From: Armatimonadota bacterium
GTDB lineage: Bacteria > Armatimonadota > Armatimonadia > Armatimonadales > Armatimonadaceae
Assembly: GCA_043754515.1 (NCBI GenBank)
Contig: JAYUUO010000160.1
Location: 1-36,102 of the forward strand
Length of the DNA stretch: 36,102 bases
Direction of reading: 5' to 3'
Below the pieces are notes generated by a model, which worked only from the letters and a program-made list of their open reading frames with translations, was not told the origin of the DNA and searched no databases. Made by a program: the position numbers and the translations under genes. Below are positions 1 through 6,677 of this stretch, piece by piece (the stretch's first letter is position 1; every line of letters starts with the position of its first letter).

Positions 1-103
1 ATTCGGCGTCTTCTACGTCGGAAGGATAGCGTTTCTTGATTTTTAATGTGGTTTCCACATTATTTGATACACTATTTGACTAGAACTAGTTCATAACACT
101 GTC
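1..103 (-). mobile_element. Left end and 5' part of an IS5-family (IS1031-like) transposase, running off the window edge
   Basis: Minus strand from GTG at 58 reads METTLKIKKRYPSDVEDAE(W), the YPSD..D.EW N-terminus typical of IS5 transposases. The putative terminal IR begins GACAGTGT at 103 and is flanked by TAA (104-106), a possible 3-bp target duplication. Locally AT-rich. Confidence 0.75.
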
Positions 104-104
104 T

Positions 105-433
105 AAAGAGCAAGGGGTTGTGTTGTCGTATTCCGCCGTGCATCAGAACTTCGCCCGGCGGGGCTACACGTTTAAGAAGAGACAATTATTGCCAGTGAAC
201 GCGACGCCGTGAAACGCGAGGCATTCCGGCGGGAGATCCGCGCGGTTCCGACATCAAAGCTCACGTTTTTGGATGAGTCAGGATGTCATCGAGCTTTCAC
301 ACGCTTGTACGGGTGGGCAAAGCGCGGTGACCGGTGCGTAGAAGCAGTGCCGTGCAATCGTGGTAAAAACCAGAGTGTTATCGGCGTTTGTAGCCTCTCA
401 AAAATGCTCTGCTGGCGAATCCAGGTAGGATGA
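105..433 (+). pseudogene. IS630-family transposase internal fragment (ORF1 end and ORF2 start), truncated at both ends
   Basis: One frame reads KEQGVVLSYSAVHQNFARRGYTFKK. The -1 frame continues KTIIASERD..TFLDESG..RLYGWAKRG..RGKNQSVIG, which contains the first catalytic D of the DDE motif. It stops at 433. Confidence 0.8.
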
Positions 434-701
434 AACCGACGCTAAAGAGCATCAGGTAGCCGACGAAAATGCACCCGTACCGGCCATCCTCCCGCGCGTC
501 CTCATGCGGCAAGAACCCCCACTCCTCCCACCGCTCGGGCTGACGCGTCCCGCTTCGGAGCAGGTACGCCACGGTCGCGACAATAACGGCCGCCATCACG
601 CCGGGGAAATAGCGCGACGAGAGCGGCGCGAATGCTATCACGAGGAACAGCCCTAGGAGCGTGGCCACCAACTCCGTGGAAGTTTGTTTTTCGCTGTTCA
701 T
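378..701 (-). pseudogene. Small membrane protein, probably 3'-truncated at the IS630 junction (~428)
   Basis: Three hydrophobic segments. The last ~15 codons are the antisense of IS630 sequence. ATG at 701, alternative TTG at 722. Confidence 0.45.
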
Positions 702-751
702 AAAGGGACGTAACGCCTTCAAGAAATAGTTTTGATATGCTCGTCGCGGTG

Positions 752-782
752 TTTAGCAGACCTCGCCGTCGCCGCGATATAG
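752..782 (+). promoter_or_regulatory. Putative alternative-sigma (sigma28-like) promoter for the leader/tRNA transcript
   Basis: TTTAGCAGACC-N12-CGATATAG. The same motif and spacing occur at 34217-34187 (-). CGATA resembles the sigma28 -10 element (GCCGATAA). Confidence 0.45.
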
Positions 783-809
783 CCCCCGAAGAGTAGCCGA
801 TACACGACC

Positions 810-926
810 ATGTACACCACGCCGATTTACCACAGCCCGATACCCGCGCCCTTTACCCTCTGGCAGCCAATGCCCTGGTTTATGGTCATGGTGGCGCGTA
901 CCCAAGCCGCGAGGCATCCCCGATAG
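810..926 (+). CDS. Putative leader (attenuator) peptide, 38 aa: MYTTPIYHSPIPAPFTLWQPMPWFMVMVARTQAARHPR
   Basis: ATG 810 to TAG 924-926. Codons 18-27 are TGG CAG CCA ATG CCC TGG TTT ATG GTC ATG, of which 8 of 10 are W/P/M/F, matching the downstream tRNAs. It ends 29 nt before a terminator hairpin. Only a weak SD (GAAGAG). Confidence 0.65.
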   Translation: MYTTPIYHSPIPAPFTLWQPMPWFMVMVARTQAARHPR

Positions 927-955
927 CGTAACAACGAACGCGGGGTTTCTCCTCT

Positions 956-1005
956 AAACGGCTCGGGGCGTACATCGGTTACGCGGACGGGCCGTTTTTG
1001 TTTTT
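956..1005 (+). terminator. Intrinsic terminator (attenuator) upstream of the tRNA cluster
   Basis: AAACGGCTCG (956-965) pairs with CGGGCCGTTT (988-997). Inner stem GCGTA/TACGC. Followed by TTTTTGTTTTT. Confidence 0.7.
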
Positions 1006-1056
1006 CATTTTTTACACCGTACGCTTCGTTTGTCGTTTCTGATCGTCGTTTTTTAT

Positions 1057-1130
1057 AGGGGCGTGGCGCAACCCGGTAGCGCAGTGGATTCCAAACCCAC
1101 CGGTTGCAGGTTCAAATCCTGTCGCCCCTG
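1057..1130 (+). tRNA. tRNA-Trp (CCA)
   Basis: Acceptor AGGGGCG/CGCCCCT, D stem GCGC/GCGC, anticodon arm GTGGA-TTCCAAA-CCCAC, T loop TTCAAAT, discriminator G. No encoded CCA end. Confidence 0.92.
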
Positions 1131-1142
1131 CTCGGCTCACTT

Positions 1143-1213
1143 CGGGATGTAGTGAAATGGTATAACCGCTGTTTTGGGAACAGCAATCGCTGGTTCGATC
1201 CCAGCCATTCCGA
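1143..1213 (+). tRNA. tRNA-Pro (UGG)
   Basis: Acceptor CGGGATG/CATTCCG, anticodon arm GCTGT-TTTGGGA-ACAGC, T arm GCTGG-TTCGATC-CCAGC, discriminator A. Confidence 0.92.
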
Positions 1214-1224
1214 TCATGTTTTGG

Positions 1225-1298
1225 TGCCGCGTAGCTCAGTCGGTCAGAGCAACGGTCTCATAAACCGTAGGTCACGGGTTCGAATCCCGTCGCGGCTA
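1225..1298 (+). tRNA. tRNA with CAU anticodon (elongator Met, or Ile2)
   Basis: Acceptor TGCCGCG/CGCGGCT with a U1.U72 mismatch, D stem GCTC/GAGC, anticodon arm ACGGT-CTCATAA-ACCGT, T arm ACGGG-TTCGAAT-CCCGT. Confidence 0.9.
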
Positions 1299-1339
1299 TC
1301 GCGGAAGGTGTCCCTTTCGCGTGGCAGGTGTGTCATTGA

Positions 1340-1414
1340 TCCGGTGTAGCTCAGTCTGGTAGCAGCGTCTGTCTGAAGAACAGAAGGTCGGCGGTTCAAA
1401 CCCGTTCGCCGGAA
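1340..1414 (+). tRNA. tRNA-Phe (GAA)
   Basis: Acceptor TCCGGTG/CGCCGGA, anticodon arm TCTGT-CTGAAGA-ACAGA, T arm GGCGG-TTCAAAC-CCGTT. The 3' part overlaps the end of the integrase gene. Confidence 0.88.
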
Positions 1415-2394
1415 TCCGTTTCGTCCGTAGTACCCGCGACTAGCGCGGCGATCTGCCCCTGCACATTGCGCTCGCGGTCGCGGTAGATCATCAGAACCTT
1501 GATGTCACGATGCCGCGAAAAGTCCATCACTTCTTCGAGCGGCATTCCGGCGGCTTGCGCGGCTTTGCACGCCTCGGTAATCGCGGTGTGCCGCAAACCG
1601 TGCGGCGCGACCGTCACCCCGACATCCGCCCCGCGCCCGCGCACCATACGGTAGATACTCGTCCCGGTCAGTCGCCGCGTCGCGCCCTTGTCCGCGTGGT
1701 CGAAGTTCACGAACAGCGGCCCCGGCTGGCTACCGCGCACCCCCAGCCACTCCGACAGCGCGGTCTTCGTCGCCGGGGCGAGCGTGAGCAACGTCCGCGT
1801 CGTGCGCCGCTTCCCGAGCACATGAACCGTGCCCCGGCTCAGATCCAGATCCGCGACATCGAGCGACGCCACCTCTGCCCGACGCAGTCCCAGATCGTAC
1901 AGGAGCCGCAGGATCGCACGGTCACGCCGGTTCGCCCGGTCGTTCTCGCCAACCGCCGTGGTCGCCAGCACCCGCTTCACCCCAGCCACGCCCGGCCCGC
2001 GCGTGTCTCTGTAAGGCTCGTCGGGCATGTTCGGGACGTCGAGCGTCCACGGTACGACGCCGAGCATCCGCGCCAGTTTCAGCAATGCACGGAGCGCGGA
2101 CAACGCCCGGTTTATCGTGGACGGAGCGAGTGCGCGCTCGCTCAAGTGGGCGCGGAAACGTAGCACCTCGCCGTTCGCCGCGCCCTGCCCCCCGGCGATC
2201 AGCGCGTGTACGGCGGCGGCGGCGGTCAGCGCACCGGAAAAGGCGCGGAACGTTTCGAGGTCGCTTTTATACGCGCGGAGCGTGCGCTCGTTGCGCCCGG
2301 CGAGGAACGTTTCCAGCAGGCGGAACGCGTCCGGGGCGACGACGGGCACCGGAACGAGTGGAGCGGGTTCGGGGGGCGGCGCGAGGTCTGACAT
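1396..2394 (-). CDS. Tyrosine recombinase/integrase (XerC-like)
   Basis: Catalytic motifs LGLRRAE, GK, HGLRH, SRH and IY. SAM-like N-terminus (RTLRAYKSDL, STINRALSALR). Start taken at ATG 2394, with a TAAAAT -10 at 2419-2414. Confidence 0.92.
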   Translation of the reverse strand: MSDLAPPPEPAPLVPVPVVAPDAFRLLETFLAGRNERTLRAYKSDLETFRAFSGALTAAAAVHALIAGGQGAANGEVLRFRAHLSERALAPSTINRALSALRALLKLARMLGVVPWTLDVPNMPDEPYRDTRGPGVAGVKRVLATTAVGENDRANRRDRAILRLLYDLGLRRAEVASLDVADLDLSRGTVHVLGKRRTTRTLLTLAPATKTALSEWLGVRGSQPGPLFVNFDHADKGATRRLTGTSIYRMVRGRGADVGVTVAPHGLRHTAITEACKAAQAAGMPLEEVMDFSRHRDIKVLMIYRDRERNVQGQIAALVAGTTDETDSGERV

Positions 2395-2860
2395 GGTGCG
2401 AGTTCCGTGCGCTATTTTACCGCGATAGGGGTTAGGGCGGTGTGAGCGGGCGAAAAATTGTTCCCGTTTGCGAGCCACAAATAGGAAGCCTCCGGCACAG
2501 GTTTTTTCGCGCCGGAAAAGACCAGGTAGGCGCATAGCGTCGCGCTTGTATTTCTATTGGGAATTACCGCGCTTGGCGGTTCGGACGGAGTGGCGTTACT
2601 CGTTCGTGAAAACACCGGCGATAGGCCGGATAGGAAGCACCGTGTTTATGTGGGATAACGTTTCGTCATCATGCGCCTGACCTCATCACCTTCGCGACGG
2701 CGGCGGGGTATGTCCGGTATATTCCCCTTGAGGCCGACTCGTTTTTCGTTAATGTAGCGGGAGTGGCCCTATCTGTTAATGTTCACGTTCTGACTATGCC
2801 GCCCGCCGACGAGAGTCGCCAGGCGATTCCTTTGACCTGAGAAGAACACACCACCGAATC

Positions 2861-4185
2861 ATGTACATCACCCGCGTCGAAATCAAAGCCATACGCTCGA
2901 TAAAGCATCTCGTGTGGGAGATTGACGTCGCGAGTGCCGCCGGCTGGCACGTCATCCTCGGCGATAACGGCTCGGGTAAGTCAACGTTCACCCGATGCGT
3001 TGCGCTCTCCCTCATCGGTCAACGGGACGCCCAATTTCTGAGACTGGAATGGGATTCGTGGATCCGAGTTGGCGAAAGACAAGGATCGTGCGAACTCAAT
3101 ATCAGTATTCACGAGAACATAGATTTTGACACAGGTTCAGAAATCGCGCCGGGGCCGTTTCATATGGATGCGAATAATAACTACACAATGGATGTGGGCG
3201 TGATGGTTCTTGAAGGATACATCCAGAACAACGGATCAATACGTAGGATTCCCGCGTTTCTGACAGATGCCACAAACGCAACCCATAATCATCTGATTGC
3301 CGAGAAGAAGTTCGCGGGCTTTAGTAATTCGTTCGGTCCCTTCCGGCGTTTTACAGGGGGCGAATTGGAGGACGAGAAACTCTCCGAGTCGAACCCGCAA
3401 GCCTACAGGCATCTTTCCGCCTTTAGCGAAAGGGTGGCATTGACCGAAGGACTGAAGTGGCTTAAACAGCTACAGTTCGAGGCCATAGATACGGTTGACA
3501 GAAATCCCGACGCGGCATTGTTAATTGAAAGTGTGCGGAACTTCGTGAACCAGGGGGGATTGTTGCCAAACGGTGTGCGGCTACTGCATATCTCATCCGC
3601 TGGCGTCAAGTTTCAGGATGGTAACGGGAGCGAGATACTCGCCGAGGAGATGAGTGACGGCTACCGCTCCGTGCTCGCGTTGACCTTCGAGCTGTTGCGC
3701 CAACTCTCCGTCGCCTACGGCCCCGATATATTTCAGACGCAAGACGGCGGGAAGGTGACGGTGAGTTTCCCGGCGTGGTGCAGATTGACGAGGTGGACGC
3801 GCACCTGCACCCGACGTGGCAGAAGCGCATCGGGTTCTGGTTCCGCGAGGATTTCCCGCAGATGCAGTTCATCGTCACCACCCACAGCCCGCTCGTTTGC
3901 CAGGCCGCCGAGATTGGTAGCATCTTCCTTCTGCCTCGTCCCGGCTCCGAAGAAAATGGTCGGATGCTCGCGGGTATGGAGCGCGATAGGCTCATTTACG
4001 GCAACATTTTAGACGCGTATGGCACCGAGGCGTTCGGGAGTGGGGCCGCAGCGCGTTCTGACCGGACGGGGGAACTGCTGACCGAACTCAGCGGGCTGAA
4101 CATTAAGGAGATCCGAACCGGGCTCTCCGACGCGGAGAAGAAACGTCAGGCAGAGTTGCGGGCGATGTTGCCCACCGGCTCTCCC
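2861..4185 (+). pseudogene. ABC/AAA ATPase (PtuA/AAA_21-like), frameshifted at ~3770 and lacking its own stop
   Basis: Walker A GDNGSGKS and signature-like MSDGYRS. Walker B/D-loop IDEVDAHLHPTWQ and H-loop FIVTTHSP lie in the -1 frame starting at 3766-3772. Confidence 0.8.
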
Positions 4186-4990
4186 CTGTTACAACTTCCT
4201 GCCACCACCCTCCCTGATCACGCATCCCGTGCGCTCCAGTTGTGGCAGTCCGACATTGACGTCTTGCCGGACTACGCCAGCCGGGTCGCTGAGGCGAAGC
4301 GCTCATGGTCTTTGAGAAACACGAAGGCGAACAAGACACTCACCGCCGTGAAGGAGACGTTGGCGTCCATGCAAGGCATGTTGCGTCGTTATGCCTACTG
4401 CGAGGATTCTTGCGCCGATGAGGTGGGGCATATTCGTCCTAAAGACCTATATCCCGAACTAGTCTTCGCCTGGGCGAACTACCTGTACGCATGCGGCTGC
4501 TGCAATGTCGAGAAGCGCAACGACTTCGCCGTCTTCGCCGGCGCGACGGACGAATGGCACGATGTGAAACGTGGGCGAGATGCCCCGGTTCTCCCGCCTC
4601 GAACCGGAGAACCGGTCCTCATCAACCCTCGTCATGAAAACCCGGTTGACTTTCTGATACTCGATCTTGGCACATTCCAATTCGTCCCACTGGCCGACCC
4701 CGGAACACGCGATCATACGCGGGCAGTTTACACGATGAGTGTGCTCTCTCTTGGACGTGAACCGCTCCGGAAGGCACGGGAAAACGCGGTGCATGGCTTC
4801 CGTGATCGGTTATACGCTTACGGACGGGCAAAAGCAGAGGGTCACGCCGCTGGGGAGTTGAGCCGAAGTCAAACCTCGCTTCTGCACAGTCCTCACCAAA
4901 CTGTCTGGCGGGAGATGCAACGGCAATCGCTCATCTCGCCAAGGTTAGCAACTCTCTATCGAAGCCGCGCCCGAAGCCCTCCAATGGTGA
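4186..4990 (+). pseudogene. HNH endonuclease (PtuB-like), in frame with the ATPase C-terminus and degenerate
   Basis: RRYAYCEDSCADEVGHIRPKDLYPELVFAWANYLYACGCCN and LINPRHENP. The first CxxC reads YAYC. Removing one base at ~4958 restores a natural-looking end LFEAAPEALQW* (TGA 4988-4990). Confidence 0.75.
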
Positions 4991-5110
4991 ACCGCGAGTC
5001 GCTCGCCTGCGCCATGACACGATGCCCACTAAAAAAGTCGCTCCGTTTCGGCTCACCCCCTCAGTACTTCTACCGCCAGAATATCGCCCGCCCTCTCCAC
5101 CGCGAGCGCA

Positions 5111-5926
5111 TTACTTCCGCAAACTCCGCTCATAAAGCAGGCGCAATCCCGTCAGCGTCAGGTTGACGTCCACGATCTCAATGGAGTTCGTGTACGGCGC
5201 GATCAGCGGCGCGATGCCCCCGGTCGCGATCACGCGCACATCCGCGCCGCGCTCCGCTAGCTCGCCGACGAACCGCGCCGTCATACCGTCCGTCTGCGCC
5301 GCGAACCCGTACAAGATGCCGCTCCGCAATGCCTCCGCCGTGTTCGTCCCGATCGCGTTTCCGGGCTTCGACAACTCGACCTGCGACAGCATCGCGGCGC
5401 GGGCGAACAGCGCGTCCATTGAGATCCCGATGCCCGGCAGAATCGCCCCGCCCAGATACTCGCCCTTCGCTGTCACTGCGTCCAGCGTGGTCGCCGTGCC
5501 GTAGTCCACGATCACGCAGGCGGCGGTCGCGAACGCGCTCTGCCGCGCCTCCCCGGATCGCGCGTACAGGGCGTGGGCCGCGAACGCGTTCACGATGCGG
5601 TCCGCGCCCACCGCGTGCGGCGGATTGTACAGGTTTTTCAGCCCGGTATCGGTGTCGGCGGTAACTATCAGCGGCTCCACATTGAGGTGTCGGGTCGCCA
5701 GTTCGCGCAGGGTTCCCCCGACCGGCGGTACCACGTATGCCATCGCCATGCCGGTTATGTCACCGAGGCCGTACCCTTTCGTGAGCAGAAGGGACGCGAT
5801 CAGCGCGGCGAACTCGTCCGCCGTCCGGTCGCGACGCGACTGCAAACGGAAGTCGCAGAGCAGGGTCTCCCCATCGAATAGACCGAGCGTGGTGTTCGTG
5901 TTCCCGATGTCAATGGCGAGTAGCAT
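5111..5926 (-). CDS. coaX: Type III pantothenate kinase
   Basis: MLLAIDIGNTN, VGADR, IVDYGTATT, GGAILPG and IATGG motifs. Confidence 0.96.
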   Translation of the reverse strand: MLLAIDIGNTNTTLGLFDGETLLCDFRLQSRRDRTADEFAALIASLLLTKGYGLGDITGMAMAYVVPPVGGTLRELATRHLNVEPLIVTADTDTGLKNLYNPPHAVGADRIVNAFAAHALYARSGEARQSAFATAACVIVDYGTATTLDAVTAKGEYLGGAILPGIGISMDALFARAAMLSQVELSKPGNAIGTNTAEALRSGILYGFAAQTDGMTARFVGELAERGADVRVIATGGIAPLIAPYTNSIEIVDVNLTLTGLRLLYERSLRK

Positions 5927-5927
5927 G

Positions 5928-6677
5928 TTATAAATTGACGCGGACGTCGGTGCCTTTCTTCATGCCCCGTTCGCGGTAGCGCACGATGGTGTAGACGAGT
6001 GCTTTCGGCTCCCATGCCGCGGGGACGCGGAAGACCAGGGCGAATCGGATGTTGGCACCGGCAAGCGCGTAGGCACCGGGCGGGTTGAACTCGTCGGCGG
6101 CGACATCCACTGAAAAGGGTGATAGCGACTGACCTTCCTTATCGAACAGCACCGTGTTCTCGGCGTACAGGTCGCGCGAAAAGCAGAACTCCTCGCGCCC
6201 CGCCGTCGCGTTCGTCAAAACGCAATCCAGCACCACCAGTTTCTCGTTCGCCTCCGCCGTTATGACCTCCCCGGACGGCTTCGTGTACCTGCGCTCGTAC
6301 TTCGGAACCTCGGCGATGGAGACCACGCGGAAGCGGCAGTTCTCGGCGCGGATTTCGTCGCCGCGCGTGCCGGTCGCCATCCCGGCGGGCGCGAGCGACG
6401 TATTGCCGCCGCGCGCCACCGGCGGAACGGGCGGTTGCAGACTGATCGCATTGCCGACGACTTTTAACTTCCAGCCCATCGCCTTCGCGACGTCGGCTAT
6501 CGGGACATACACCCGCCCGCCGATCTTGCGGGCGTCGGTCGAAACAGTGTTAGATAACACGGTCAGCCGGGCGCGGCCCTGCGCCACCGCCGCGCCGACC
6601 GCGACGCCTAGCGCGAACAGGACGAATAGGGCGAACAGAGACAGCGTGTGAGCCGCGCCGCGAGTAATTTTATTCAT
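5928..6677 (-). CDS. Secreted protein with an N-terminal Cu-amine-oxidase-N-like segment and a DUF4352-like domain
   Basis: Signal peptide after ATG 6677, VYVPIADVAKAMG motif, and clear paralogy with the upstream gene. Confidence 0.7.
   Translation of the reverse strand: MNKITRGAAHTLSLFALFVLFALGVAVGAAVAQGRARLTVLSNTVSTDARKIGGRVYVPIADVAKAMGWKLKVVGNAISLQPPVPPVARGGNTSLAPAGMATGTRGDEIRAENCRFRVVSIAEVPKYERRYTKPSGEVITAEANEKLVVLDCVLTNATAGREEFCFSRDLYAENTVLFDKEGQSLSPFSVDVAADEFNPPGAYALAGANIRFALVFRVPAAWEPKALVYTIVRYRERGMKKGTDVRVNL

Noticed and set aside
1104..1349. 81-aa ORF over the tRNA cluster
   Set aside because: It overlaps well-formed tRNA genes and has no protein features.
2395..2535. N-terminal extension of the integrase ORF
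   Set aside because: It covers the promoter and IR region; ATG 2394 with an upstream TAAAAT is more plausible.
2680..2860. Possible retron msr-msd upstream of the ATPase-HNH pair
   Set aside because: There is no reverse transcriptase in the window and no a1/a2 inverted repeats that I can identify.
4991..5110. Possible attR (tRNA-Phe 3' duplicate) at the right end of the island
   Set aside because: No TTCAAAC/TTCGA-type tRNA fragment was found there by eye.
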